Positions 1 through 9,209 of a DNA stretch of 64,000 nt are shown piece after piece. Every line of letters starts with the position of its first letter. Position 1 is the first letter of the stretch. Source of the DNA: Paeniglutamicibacter sp. R2-26 (GTDB lineage Bacteria; Actinomycetota; Actinomycetes; Actinomycetales; Micrococcaceae); contig NZ_JBPULF010000002.1 in assembly GCF_051550675.1 (NCBI RefSeq), positions 441,879 to 505,878 of the forward strand, given 5' to 3'. The notes below the pieces were generated by a model. That model was not told where the DNA came from and did not search any database. It worked only from the letters and a program-made list of their open reading frames with translations. Made by a program: the position numbers and the translations under genes.

Positions 1-1
1 C

Positions 2-1252
2 CTGGACAAGTACCTGGCCTCCGCGGCCGGCGGCCACCGGCAGGCGCTTGGGCACTTCCTCTACGACGGCTTCACCTCCGCCAGGTCCCTGCTCAACCCC
101 CGGCTGCCGATGCTGGCCGCCGGGATGGCCCCGCTGCTGGCCCGCCCGCTGGAATCGTTCATCGCGCAGCGCTTCGAGGACCCGCGCCTGCGCCAGCTCC
201 TGGGCTACCCGGCGGTCTTCCTGGGCGGCAGCCCCGGGCGCATCCCCGCCCTCTACCACCTGATGAGCCACCTTGACCTGACCCAGGGCGTGAAGTACCC
301 GCTCGGCGGCTTCGCCGGGCTCGTGGACGCCATGGCGGAGGTCTGCACGGGGGCCGGGGTCGAGATCCTTACCGGCGCCACGGCGGAGGGCATCGGCACC
401 GTGCGCCGCGGCAGGAGGACCCGCGTGGAGTCTGTGCGCTGGCGCGACGCCGCGGGCGCGGAGCACCGCCTCGCGGCCGACGTCGTGGTCGGCGCCGCCG
501 ACCTTCACCACCTCGAAACGCGGCTGCTGCCCCCGCACCTGCGCTCCCGCTCCGAGTCGTCGTGGAAACGCCGCGACCCGGGCCCCAGCGCCGTGCTGCT
601 CTGCCTGGGCATCCGCGGCAAACTGCCGAAGCTGCTGCACCACAACCTCTTCTTCACCCGGGACTGGGACGAGAACTTCGGCCGCATCCACCGCGGGGAG
701 GCACTGGAACGCGAAACCAGCATCTACGTGTGCATGCCCAGCGCCACGGACCCGGGGGTCGCCCCGGCCGGGCACGAGAACCTCTTCATCCTCGTCCCCG
801 CCCCGGCGCTGCCGGAGTGGGGAACCGGCGGGGCCGACGGGCACGGCAGCGCGCCGGTGGAAGCCGTCGCGGACGCGGCCCTGGCCCAGCTCGCGGCCTG
901 GGCGGGCATCGCGGATTTGGCGGAACGTGTTGTGGTCCGGCAAAGCTATGGCCCCGGGGACTTCGTGGAGAATGTGAACGCCTGGCGCGGAAGTGCGCTG
1001 GGGCTGGCGCACACCCTGGGGCAGAGTGCTTTCTTCCGGCCCTCCAACCGGAACCAACGGGTGGAAGGCCTGCACTATGCCGGGAGTTCGGTCCGTCCGG
1101 GCATCGGGGTGCCCATGTGCCTGATCAGCGCGGAAATCGTGGCAAAGGCCGTGAACGGGATCAAGGATCCCGGCCCCTTGTCCCTGCCCGCCCCGTGCCG
1201 AAGCCCGGGCGAACCGGCGGGCGATGCGCCGGAAGAACGGGTGGCCACGTGA
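2..1252 (+). CDS. crtI: phytoene desaturase CrtI (5' end cut by window edge)
   Basis: Reading frame is open from position 2. Translation (…PGRIPALYHLMSHLDLTQGVKYPLGGFAGLVDAMAE…) matches the C-terminal two thirds of bacterial CrtI-type phytoene desaturases. TGA at 1250-1252 is followed by cyclase/elongase genes. Confidence 0.85.
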   Translation: MDKYLASAAGGHRQALGHFLYDGFTSARSLLNPRLPMLAAGMAPLLARPLESFIAQRFEDPRLRQLLGYPAVFLGGSPGRIPALYHLMSHLDLTQGVKYPLGGFAGLVDAMAEVCTGAGVEILTGATAEGIGTVRRGRRTRVESVRWRDAAGAEHRLAADVVVGAADLHHLETRLLPPHLRSRSESSWKRRDPGPSAVLLCLGIRGKLPKLLHHNLFFTRDWDENFGRIHRGEALERETSIYVCMPSATDPGVAPAGHENLFILVPAPALPEWGTGGADGHGSAPVEAVADAALAQLAAWAGIADLAERVVVRQSYGPGDFVENVNAWRGSALGLAHTLGQSAFFRPSNRNQRVEGLHYAGSSVRPGIGVPMCLISAEIVAKAVNGIKDPGPLSLPAPCRSPGEPAGDAPEERVAT

Positions 1253-1587
1253 CCTACCTGCTCCTGCTGCTGGCCCTGATCGGGTGCCTGGTGCTGCTCG
1301 ATGCCCGGTACCGGCTTTTCGTCTTCGCCCGGCCGCTCCCTGCCCTCGCCTCGCTGACCCTGGGCACCTGCATCTTCCTGGCCTGGGACGTCGTGGCGAT
1401 CGACCAGGGGATCTTCCTGCACCGCGAGTCCCCGCTCATGACGGGGGCGATGCTCGGCGAGCAGCTTCCCCTGGAGGAGGCCTTCTTCCTGTTCTTCCTC
1501 TGCTACCAAACCATGCTGCTGCTCAACGGGGCGCTCGCCTGGCGCGCGCACCGGGCCACCACGCGGGCGGGGGTCGATGCCCCGTGA
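1249..1587 (+). CDS. crtYe: lycopene cyclase-domain protein, C50 carotenoid epsilon-cyclase subunit
   Basis: GTG start at 1249 overlaps the crtI stop (GTGA). About 112 aa, with 3-4 TM helices (MTYLLLLLALIGCLVLL…FLFFLCYQTMLLLNG), typical of heterodimeric CrtYe/CrtYg lycopene cyclase-domain subunits. Sits between crtI and crtEb. Confidence 0.75.
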   Translation: MTYLLLLLALIGCLVLLDARYRLFVFARPLPALASLTLGTCIFLAWDVVAIDQGIFLHRESPLMTGAMLGEQLPLEEAFFLFFLCYQTMLLLNGALAWRAHRATTRAGVDAP

Positions 1588-1910
1588 GTTTCGCACTTCT
1601 TTCCGGATGGTTCCTGCTCGGCTCCCTGGCCCTCTTCGTGGTGGCCCTGCGGCTGCGCCGCATCCCGCTGGGGGCCGTTGCGCCGGCCCTCGGGGCGACC
1701 GCCGCCGTCCTGCTGGTGCTGACAGCGGTCTTCGACAACCTCATGATCGCCTCCGGGCTTTTCGACTACGGGCAGGCTTCACTGCTGGGGATCCGCGTGG
1801 GGCTGGCCCCGATCGAGGACTTCAGCTATCCGCTCGCGGCAGTGCTGTTCATGCCGGCACTGTGGTGGCTGGGCGGCGGCACCGTCCCGGCGGGAAGGGA
1901 CGGCACATGA
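1584..1910 (+). CDS. crtYf: lycopene cyclase-domain protein, second C50 cyclase subunit
   Basis: GTG at 1584 overlaps the crtYe stop (GTGA). About 108 aa membrane protein (VSFALLSGWFLLGSLALFVV…PIEDFSYPLAAVLFMPALWWL). Paired small cyclase subunit as in crtYe/crtYf of decaprenoxanthin clusters. Confidence 0.7.
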   Translation: MSFALLSGWFLLGSLALFVVALRLRRIPLGAVAPALGATAAVLLVLTAVFDNLMIASGLFDYGQASLLGIRVGLAPIEDFSYPLAAVLFMPALWWLGGGTVPAGRDGT

Positions 1911-2761
1911 TCCGCGCACTGCTCCTGACAAGCCGACCCCTTTCCTGGGTGAACACCGCCTACCCCTTTGCCGCCGCCTACCTGTTGGCGGCGGGGCGGA
2001 TCGATTGGCTCTGGGTGGTTGGCACGTTCTTCTTCCTGGTCCCCTACAACCTGGCCATGTACGGCGTGAACGACGTGTTCGACCACGAGTCGGACCTGCT
2101 CAACCCGCGCAAGGGCGGGGCCGAGGGCGCCGTGCTGGAGCGCACCCGGCACCGCGGCGTCCTGGTGGCCTGCGCCGTCGCGACGGTGCCGTTCCTGGCG
2201 GTCCTGCTGCTGGCCGGGTCGTGGTCGGCGAACCTGGTGCTGCTGGTGTCGATGTTCGCGTTGCTGGCCTACAGCGCACCGGGGCTGCGTTTCAAGGAAC
2301 GCCCCTTCCTGGATTCGCTGACCTCCAGCACCCACTTCGTATCCCCCGCGCTCTACGGGCTGGTGCTTGCCGGCGCGCCTTTCGACGGGCAGTTGCTGGC
2401 GGTTCTTGCAGCGTTCTTCCTGTGGGGCATGGCCTCCCACGCCTTCGGCGCCGTGCAGGACATCATTCCGGACCGTGCCGCATCCCTGGGTTCCATCGGA
2501 ACGGTGCTCGGCGCCAAATGGACGGTGCGCGGTGCAGCGTTCACCTACCTGCTCTCCGGCCTGCTGCTGTCCACCGACTGGCCCGGACCCGTGGCCGGGT
2601 TGCTCGCGCTGCCCTACCTGGCCAACGTGCTGCCCTACGCCAACCTGGAGGATGCCGAGTCGGAGCGTGCCCACGCGGGGTGGACCAGGTTCCTCTGGCT
2701 GAACTACGTCACCGGGTTCTTCGTCACGATGCTGCTCATCCGGTACGCCCTTGACCGCTGA
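1907..2761 (+). CDS. crtEb: lycopene elongase / UbiA-family prenyltransferase
   Basis: ATG at 1907 overlaps the crtYf stop (ATGA). UbiA prenyltransferase hallmarks (NDVFDHESD aspartate-rich motif, multiple TM helices). Sits in C50 carotenoid context. Confidence 0.8.
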   Translation: MIRALLLTSRPLSWVNTAYPFAAAYLLAAGRIDWLWVVGTFFFLVPYNLAMYGVNDVFDHESDLLNPRKGGAEGAVLERTRHRGVLVACAVATVPFLAVLLLAGSWSANLVLLVSMFALLAYSAPGLRFKERPFLDSLTSSTHFVSPALYGLVLAGAPFDGQLLAVLAAFFLWGMASHAFGAVQDIIPDRAASLGSIGTVLGAKWTVRGAAFTYLLSGLLLSTDWPGPVAGLLALPYLANVLPYANLEDAESERAHAGWTRFLWLNYVTGFFVTMLLIRYALDR

Positions 2762-2834
2762 CACCGCTTCCCCGGGTACCGGGCCCTGCCGGCAACCCGG
2801 TGTCCTTCGAACGCATTCCCTGAAAGGCGCACCG

Positions 2835-4304
2835 ATGGCCCCACGCACCACGAACCTGGTGTGGTTCCGCGACGACCTGCGGGTCGCCGACAATCCGGCG
2901 CTCGACGCCGCCCTGGCCGCGGGCCCCACGCTGGCCGTGTACATCCTCGACGAGGAATCCCCGGGGATCCGCCCGTTGGGCGGGGCCGCCCGCTGGTGGC
3001 TGCACCATGCGCTGGTCGAGCTCCGGGCAAGCCTCGAGGCACTCGGGGTTCCCCTGTTCCTGCGGCGCGGCGCGGCGGACAGCATCCTGCCCGGCATTGT
3101 TTCCGCCGCCGGCGTCGGGACCGCCTTCTGGAACCGCCGCTACGGCGGCCCCGAACGCGCGGTGGACACCCGGGTCAAGGAAATCCTGCGGGCATCGGGA
3201 ACCACTGCCACGAGCTTTTCGGGCATGCTGCTGCAGGAACCGTGGGTGCCGCTGACCCAGGACGGCAGGCCGTTCAAGGTCTTCACGCCGTTCTTCAATG
3301 CCCTGCAACGGCTGCCGCTGCGCCCGGCACTGGGCGAACCGCAACCGCGGGAACCTGCCGGGATCCCGCCGGTAGCCGGCGACGAGCTGGCCGACTGGGC
3401 GCTGCTGCCCGTGTCCCCCGACTGGTCCCACGGGTTGGCCCGGGCATGGGTTCCCGGGGAAGCTGGCGCGCGCGAGCGGCTGCAGCTGGTCCTGGACGAG
3501 GTTGCCGCCGGGTACGCGGAAACCCGCGACCGGCCGGACCTGGACGGCACCGCCCGGCTGTCGCCGGCCCTGCGCTGGGGCCACCTGAGCCCCGTCCAGG
3601 TGTGGGAGTCGCTCGGCACGCTCATCGGCGCGAACCCCGGGGCCGCCGCGGGTGCACGCGCCATGATGCGCCAGCTGGCCTGGCGCGACTTCTGCTGGAA
3701 CCTGCTCTACCACCAGCCGGGGATGGCCGAGCAAAACCTGCGCCAGGAGTTCGACGCGTTCGAGTGGGCATGGCCCTCCGACGGTGTTCCCGGGGACACC
3801 CGGGACGCCGGCGAGGCAGCTGTCACCGGCGACTTCCGGGCGTGGTGCCGCGGCGAGACTGGCTTCGGGCTGGTGGATGCCGGCATGAAACAGCTCTGGG
3901 ACACCGGGTGGATGCACAACCGGGTCCGCATGGTCACCGCGAGCCTGCTGGTGAAGAACCTCGGCATCCACTGGCGGGCCGGCGAACAGTGGTTCTGGGA
4001 CACGCTCGTGGACGCCGACGCCGCGGCAAACCCCGCCAACTGGCAGTGGGTGGCCGGCTGCGGCGCCGACGCGTCCCCCTACTTCAGGGTCTTCAATCCG
4101 GAATTGCAGGCCAGGAAGTTCGATCCGCGCGGCTCCTACGTCGCCAGGTTCGCCCCGGTGGCAGCCGGGCCGATCATCGACCTGAAGGAATCCCGCGCCC
4201 GTGCACTTGAGGCCTATGCCCGCATGAAGGAGCACATGCACGGCACCCCGGCGGCGGGTGCGGGTATGCGCCCGCCGCCGGGGGACCTAACGGAGAACCA
4301 CTGA
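2835..4304 (+). CDS. phr: deoxyribodipyrimidine photolyase / cryptochrome family
   Basis: N-terminus MAPRTTNLVWFRDDLRVADNPAL is the classic photolyase start. C-terminal FAD-binding region (WQWVAGCGADASPYFRVFNP) is present. RBS GAAAGG lies upstream of ATG 2835. Longer ORF from 2751 has an atypical N-terminal extension. Confidence 0.85.
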   Translation: MAPRTTNLVWFRDDLRVADNPALDAALAAGPTLAVYILDEESPGIRPLGGAARWWLHHALVELRASLEALGVPLFLRRGAADSILPGIVSAAGVGTAFWNRRYGGPERAVDTRVKEILRASGTTATSFSGMLLQEPWVPLTQDGRPFKVFTPFFNALQRLPLRPALGEPQPREPAGIPPVAGDELADWALLPVSPDWSHGLARAWVPGEAGARERLQLVLDEVAAGYAETRDRPDLDGTARLSPALRWGHLSPVQVWESLGTLIGANPGAAAGARAMMRQLAWRDFCWNLLYHQPGMAEQNLRQEFDAFEWAWPSDGVPGDTRDAGEAAVTGDFRAWCRGETGFGLVDAGMKQLWDTGWMHNRVRMVTASLLVKNLGIHWRAGEQWFWDTLVDADAAANPANWQWVAGCGADASPYFRVFNPELQARKFDPRGSYVARFAPVAAGPIIDLKESRARALEAYARMKEHMHGTPAAGAGMRPPPGDLTENH

Positions 4305-5207
4305 GGCAACCTCATCGTGCAGGTGCGCATCCTCCTGTGAGGGGTCGGTGCGGAAGACCGGAGGCAGCATGCGCGCCCCTCCGTACATCGGGAAGGAAAG
4401 GCTGGCGCACTTGCTTTCCAGCTCGTCCCAGGGCTTGTTGATGCCGTGGGTTCCATGGGTGCGAACCAGTGACACCCTGTCCAGGTCCAGGACCCCGAAG
4501 AGGGTTTCCTCGCCGGGACCTGCCTGCTGCATGATGGTTCCTTCGGGGTCGACGAGCACGCTCTCACCAACGCCCGCAGCACCCGATCCATTGACGTTCA
4601 CGACGAAGACCTGGTTGGTGAATGCATTGGCCCTGGCCATGACCAGCTCCATCTCGCGGTCCCGGGTGGTGGTGAGCGTGGGCTGGATGATCACCTCGGC
4701 ACCGAGCCAGGCCAGCTGGCGGGCCACTTCCGGGAAGCTTCCGTCGTAGCAGATCGCCAGGCCGATGCGCCCGACGCCCGGGATGTCGAACGTCGTGAAC
4801 CCGGTGCCCGGTTCGAGGGTCTCGTAGGGCCGCCACGGGAAGATCTTGCGGTACCGGGCAACGACCTCCCCGTCGGGGCTTATCGCAATGGCGGTGTTGT
4901 AGAGGTGTTCCCCCGAACGCTCGACCAGCGACCCTGGAACAAGCCAGATCCCCAGTTCCCGGGCCAGGGCGGACAGCCGGTCGGTGAGAGGACCCGGCAC
5001 GGTGGTTGCCGCGCGCTCGTCGAAGTCGGGGTCGGGATCCAGCATTGCCTTCGGCGCGGCAAGCAGCAGTTCGGGGACGACCACCAGGTCCAGGTTCGGA
5101 CGCATGGCGGTCACGGCGCGCACCTGCGCCTGGAACCGTTCGTACGTGGCTTCAAGGTCGCCGGGCACCGGGGCGGTCTGGATGGCTGCGAGGTTGAGGA
5201 TGCGCAT
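4287..5207 (-). CDS. carbon-nitrogen hydrolase (nitrilase/amidase superfamily)
   Basis: Start MRILNLAAIQTAP. Catalytic E (VVVPELL), K (RYRKIFPW) and C (AICYDGSFPE) are all present. The long minus ORF 4287..6485 is a read-through fusion with the upstream permease frame; real start ATG at 5205-5207 lies 2 nt after the permease stop. Confidence 0.8.
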   Translation of the reverse strand: MRILNLAAIQTAPVPGDLEATYERFQAQVRAVTAMRPNLDLVVVPELLLAAPKAMLDPDPDFDERAATTVPGPLTDRLSALARELGIWLVPGSLVERSGEHLYNTAIAISPDGEVVARYRKIFPWRPYETLEPGTGFTTFDIPGVGRIGLAICYDGSFPEVARQLAWLGAEVIIQPTLTTTRDREMELVMARANAFTNQVFVVNVNGSGAAGVGESVLVDPEGTIMQQAGPGEETLFGVLDLDRVSLVRTHGTHGINKPWDELESKCASLSFPMYGGARMLPPVFRTDPSQEDAHLHDEVASVVLR

Positions 5208-5209
5208 GG

Positions 5210-6739
5210 TCAGTGGCTCATTTCTTCGGTTGGATCCATGATCTGGAAATCGGTACTGTCCGCATTGCCCACGGGAATCGTGGAGCGGCTGAAAAATTCG
5301 GGCCAGAGGGGCCGGACCGCAAACACGACAACCAGTCCGATGGCCAGCGTCCCGACGCCGATCCAGAAGACCGCCCCGATGCCGAGCCAGGAAACTCCGG
5401 CGTACTCGGGGCGGGCCATGTCGATGGCGCTTGCGACGAACGCGATGGCCATCATCAGGGCCCCGAGCCCCGGCAGGATGCCGGCCAGGACGAGGGTCTT
5501 CGGGTCCCCCATCCGGGGAGCGAAGAAGACAATGGCCGCGATCGCCGTGGCCGCGTAGTACACGGCGACGAGCAAACCGATGGACAAGATGGCCAGGCCG
5601 ACGAAGTCCGGGGAGACCAGGGACAGCACCACGATGGTGAGTACGCTCAGCCCCGCCCACCACAGCGTCGCGGTCTTGGGCGTGCGGCTCTTGGGGTCCA
5701 CGGTGCCGATCGATCGGGGAAGTGCCCGGTAGGTTGCCATGCTCAGCCAGGAACGCGGGGACGCGACGGCCACCGTGAAGAGCGCGGACAGCGCGGAGAA
5801 GCCGATCGCCAACGTGATGATTCGGCCAAAGAACTCGCCGGTCGCCAGGGGGCCGATCACCGAGAGGACATCGCCGATCGCCTCGTCCGAGGTCAGCAGG
5901 TCGACGCCGCCGAATCCCAGCGCTGCCACGGAGGCCATGACGTAGAGGACCAAGAGGATCACCGTCGAGACGATGGCGGCGCGGCCCGGGGTGCGGGAGC
6001 GGTGGGTGGTTTCCTCGTTGACGGCAATCAACGAGTCCCACCCCCAATAGATGAACAGCGCCAGGATCACTCCCGCGACAAGGCCCGAGGGGTCCGCGGC
6101 AAACGGGTTGAACCAATCCAGGCTGACCGGTTCGGCGCCCGCCGGAACGGTGCCGCGTCCGATCGCCAGAAACGCTCCGACGCAGAACCCGCCGATGGCC
6201 AAGACCTGGAGGCCGATGAGGGCGTACTGGACCCAGGCCGCGAGCTCGATCCCGCGGATCGCAACCACGGCGCTGGCCACGATCAGGGCGATCGCCAGCG
6301 GAACGGTGGCCACGGGGTTCGCCGCGAGTGCGTCCAGCCCCACGGAGTCCAGGAGGTAGACCGTGGCCACCTGCGCCAGGGCCGCCGTCGCGATAAACGT
6401 TGCCACCTGGGGAACCCACCCTCCGAAGAACCATCCGGCGACGGGGCCCAGCACGCGGGAAATCCAGACGAACACGCCGCCGCAATCGGGCATCACGCGG
6501 TTGAGGTCGCGGAAGGCAAAGGCGGTGCAGAGGATCGGAAGGAACCCGACAAGGAAGGCTGCGGGGGCGTGGACGCCCACGGAATCGGCGACGAATCCGA
6601 GGGTCACCGCCAGGCTGTAGGCGGGTGCCACTGCGGCCAGGCCGACGGCCACGATCCGCACCATCCCGATGGCATCGCGGCGGAGGCCCTTGTCGGCAGC
6701 GGACGTCGGCGGGGCACTCGGCGGGGCGGATTCGTTCAT
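5210..6739 (-). CDS. APC-family amino acid permease
   Basis: 509 aa, about 12 TM helices. PDCGGVFVWISRVLGP motif typical of the APC superfamily. Paralog of the gene at 34420..35937. Confidence 0.85.
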   Translation of the reverse strand: MNESAPPSAPPTSAADKGLRRDAIGMVRIVAVGLAAVAPAYSLAVTLGFVADSVGVHAPAAFLVGFLPILCTAFAFRDLNRVMPDCGGVFVWISRVLGPVAGWFFGGWVPQVATFIATAALAQVATVYLLDSVGLDALAANPVATVPLAIALIVASAVVAIRGIELAAWVQYALIGLQVLAIGGFCVGAFLAIGRGTVPAGAEPVSLDWFNPFAADPSGLVAGVILALFIYWGWDSLIAVNEETTHRSRTPGRAAIVSTVILLVLYVMASVAALGFGGVDLLTSDEAIGDVLSVIGPLATGEFFGRIITLAIGFSALSALFTVAVASPRSWLSMATYRALPRSIGTVDPKSRTPKTATLWWAGLSVLTIVVLSLVSPDFVGLAILSIGLLVAVYYAATAIAAIVFFAPRMGDPKTLVLAGILPGLGALMMAIAFVASAIDMARPEYAGVSWLGIGAVFWIGVGTLAIGLVVVFAVRPLWPEFFSRSTIPVGNADSTDFQIMDPTEEMSH

Positions 6740-6761
6740 GGCGGATGCTCCTTCGATTTTG

Positions 6762-6797
6762 TCTGAATGTGATTCAGATTACTGAACGTCATTCAAA
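6762..6797. promoter_or_regulatory. candidate TetR operator in divergent permease/tetR intergenic region
   Basis: Inverted repeat TCTGAAT-GTG-ATTCAGA at 6762-6778, followed by a related half-site CTGAACGTCATTCA. Lies in the 111-nt gap between divergent genes. Confidence 0.5.
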
Positions 6798-6850
6798 CAA
6801 CACCCGGGGCAGCTGTCAAGGTCCGCGCCCGCTTAAGGCAGAATGGCAGG

Positions 6851-7525
6851 ATGGGACGACCCAATCGACAGACCGAACGGCGCGCCGAGATCCTCGCCGC
6901 CGCCAAGACCGTTGCGGTGCGCGACGGCGCCGCCGGCACCACGCTGCGGGCGATCGCCGCCCAGGCGGGGATGGAACCGCCGGCCGTGCTCTACTATTTC
7001 GGCGGGCTGGCCGAAATCTTCCGTGAACTCGTTTTTGCGTCGTCCGATGCCTTCATCGAGCACATCGAAGCGGCCGTCAAGACGGCCGCAACACCCGAGG
7101 CCCGCCTGCGGGCCGCCATCGTGGCCGGCACGACCGGCGGCCTGGACAGCAACGATTCCCGCATTCTCTACGAGTTCTGGCCCACCGGGCTGCGTGATGC
7201 AGGAATGAACGACGCCGACCGGGTGCTGGACCAGCGCGAAGTGGCGATCTACGGACGCATCATCCGGGACGGGACCGCCTCGGGGGCGTTTCGGCCGACG
7301 CTGGACGCCGATGCGCTCGCATGGACCTTGGTGGCGTTGGAGGACGGGCTGGTGATGGACATCCTCACCGGCGCCAAGGCACGCCAGGACGTGGTCAACC
7401 TGATCTGCAGCGTCGCGGAGCACTTGGTCGGAACCAGGCTCACGGACGACGGCCCGGGCAGCGCCGCTCCCGCACCGAGCCGCCGGGACCCAGCAGCCGC
7501 GGCCGGGGAAACCCGCAGACCCTAG
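6851..7525 (+). CDS. TetR-family transcriptional regulator
   Basis: N-terminal HTH (ILAAAKTVAVRDGAAGTTLRAIAAQAGM…LYYFGG) and overall TetR architecture. Divergent from the permease/hydrolase operon. Confidence 0.85.
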   Translation: MGRPNRQTERRAEILAAAKTVAVRDGAAGTTLRAIAAQAGMEPPAVLYYFGGLAEIFRELVFASSDAFIEHIEAAVKTAATPEARLRAAIVAGTTGGLDSNDSRILYEFWPTGLRDAGMNDADRVLDQREVAIYGRIIRDGTASGAFRPTLDADALAWTLVALEDGLVMDILTGAKARQDVVNLICSVAEHLVGTRLTDDGPGSAAPAPSRRDPAAAAGETRRP

Positions 7526-7640
7526 CCTGACCGGGCGGGCCACGGCCTCCCCTGTGGCACCGCGCCGACGCCGGGCGGACACGCGGCGTGCCGCTGCGGC
7601 ACTGGTGATTTGCACAGGATTCGGGCGTAGCGTGAGAACC

Positions 7641-9185
7641 ATGGATTCCAAGCAGCTTCAGACGGACGTGTTGGTCATCGGCGCAGGTCCCACCGGGCTT
7701 ATGGCCGCAGCGTGGCTGCACAAGTTCGGGATCGACGCGCAGGTCGTCGACGCGAAGCCGGGACCCACCCGGGAGTCGCGCGCACTGGCCCTGCAGGCGC
7801 GCAGCATGGAGATCTACCGCCAGCTCGGCCTCGTCGAGGAGGTCCTGCGCCGCGCCATCCCCACCGGCGAGCTGCGCCCGGGCATCGGCGCCACGAGCTT
7901 CACGAGCATCAAGCTCAACCGGCTGGGGTACGCCCAGACCCGGTACGCGGGCCTGACCATGTTGGAGCAGAGCGCCAACGAGGAAATCCTTTCCGACGCG
8001 CTCCGGGAGGCCGGGCGCCCGGTGCTCTGGGAGCACGGCTTCGACTCGCTGCGGGAGGCCGGCGAACGCGTCGAGGTCCGCTGCACCGGCCCCGACGGAC
8101 CCCTGGAGATCTCTGCGCGCTACGTGATCGCCGCCGACGGGGCATCATCCGGCGTCCGCGAGCAACTGGGCATCCGGTTCGAGGGCCAGACCGCGGACCA
8201 GGTGTTCTACGTGCTTGACGCCAACGGCGTGAGCGGCATGGGATCGGGAATCAACGTGCGTTTCGCCGAGGACAACTTCATGCTCGGTTTCCCCATGGGC
8301 ACCGATGCCCACGGCGGGGAACGCCGCAGGCTGCTGGGCATCGTGAGCGAGCCGGAAACCGCCGGGAGCGATGCCATCGGGATGGACGAGGCGCAGGCCC
8401 GCACCGCGCTGCGCCAGGAATTCGGTGTCCGGTACACCGACGCCCAGTGGTTCTCCCGCTACAGGGTGCACCACCGCGTGGCGGATTCCTTTGCCCGCGG
8501 CAGGGTCTTCCTGGCCGGGGATGCCGCACACATCCACTCCCCCGTCGGCGCGCAGGGCATGAACACCGGCCTGCAGGACGTGCACAACCTGGTGTGCAAG
8601 CTCAACGACGTGCTGTCGGGGCGGATGAGCGAGGACTACCTGCAGCGCTACGAGGCCGAGCGCCGCCCCGTGGCCCTGCGCCTTGTTTCGACCACGGACC
8701 GCGTCTTCAGCGCCGTGACCTCAAGTTCACGGCTCGCACGCACGGTGCGGATCCGCCTGCTTCCGGTTATCTGGCCGGTGGCCATCCGCGTGATCGGCCG
8801 CGTCCCCTCGGGCCGGCGCTTCTTCGGCTACCTGTCCCAGATACGGATCCACTACTGGATGACCGAGCACGCCCGCGACAGGGCGTCCCTGGCGCGCGGC
8901 TTTGCCAAGGCCCGGCGCCGCGGGGACGTGATGGGTCGTCGGCTGCCATGGGTTCCCTTCCGGACCGGAGAGTACCCGGACAATTTCGAGGTACTCAACG
9001 ACGCCACCTGGCAGGTCCACGGATACGGGGCCAGCGCCTCGGAGAGGGCCAACCAGCTTGCCGGGGAACTCGGGATGCCCTGCCACGTTTTCCCGGCAGC
9101 CCCCAAACACCTGCTGGCGGAGGGTTCGGTGGTCCTGGTGCGCCCTGACATGTTCGTGGCGCACTTCGAGCAGGTCCCCGGGTAG
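7641..9185 (+). CDS. FAD-dependent aromatic-ring monooxygenase (PheA/TfdB/MhpA-like)
   Basis: DVLVIGAGPTGL dinucleotide-binding motif, DGASSGVR, and GDAAHIHSPVGAQGMNTGLQD FAD fingerprint. ATG 7641 (MDSKQLQ) is preferred over 7554, which adds an Arg-rich extension. Confidence 0.8.
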   Translation: MDSKQLQTDVLVIGAGPTGLMAAAWLHKFGIDAQVVDAKPGPTRESRALALQARSMEIYRQLGLVEEVLRRAIPTGELRPGIGATSFTSIKLNRLGYAQTRYAGLTMLEQSANEEILSDALREAGRPVLWEHGFDSLREAGERVEVRCTGPDGPLEISARYVIAADGASSGVREQLGIRFEGQTADQVFYVLDANGVSGMGSGINVRFAEDNFMLGFPMGTDAHGGERRRLLGIVSEPETAGSDAIGMDEAQARTALRQEFGVRYTDAQWFSRYRVHHRVADSFARGRVFLAGDAAHIHSPVGAQGMNTGLQDVHNLVCKLNDVLSGRMSEDYLQRYEAERRPVALRLVSTTDRVFSAVTSSSRLARTVRIRLLPVIWPVAIRVIGRVPSGRRFFGYLSQIRIHYWMTEHARDRASLARGFAKARRRGDVMGRRLPWVPFRTGEYPDNFEVLNDATWQVHGYGASASERANQLAGELGMPCHVFPAAPKHLLAEGSVVLVRPDMFVAHFEQVPG

Positions 9186-9209
9186 GCCGGCAGGCCTTCC
9201 CGGTGAGCC

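Noticed and set aside
1826-4241. Long minus-strand ORFs (1826..3097, 2736..4241, 423-501 aa) antisense to crtEb and photolyase
   Set aside because: Gly/Arg/Pro-rich, low-complexity translations typical of antisense frames in high-GC DNA. They fully overlap genes that have clear family motifs.
4287-6485. 732-aa minus ORF fusing permease and nitrilase frames; likewise 9210..11000, 15618..17588, 18861..21077, 56733..59318
   Set aside because: These are read-through extensions upstream of the real starts. Each is resolved by an internal Met with N-terminal family motifs and by overlap with neighbouring genes.
5213-6766. 517-aa plus-strand ORF antisense to the APC permease, and similar giant ORFs (20268..22952 +, 41198..44089 -, 37852..39306 -, 25286..26929 -)
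   Set aside because: Same high-GC artifact: Arg/Gly/Asp-rich composition and no motifs, overlapping well-supported genes on the other strand.
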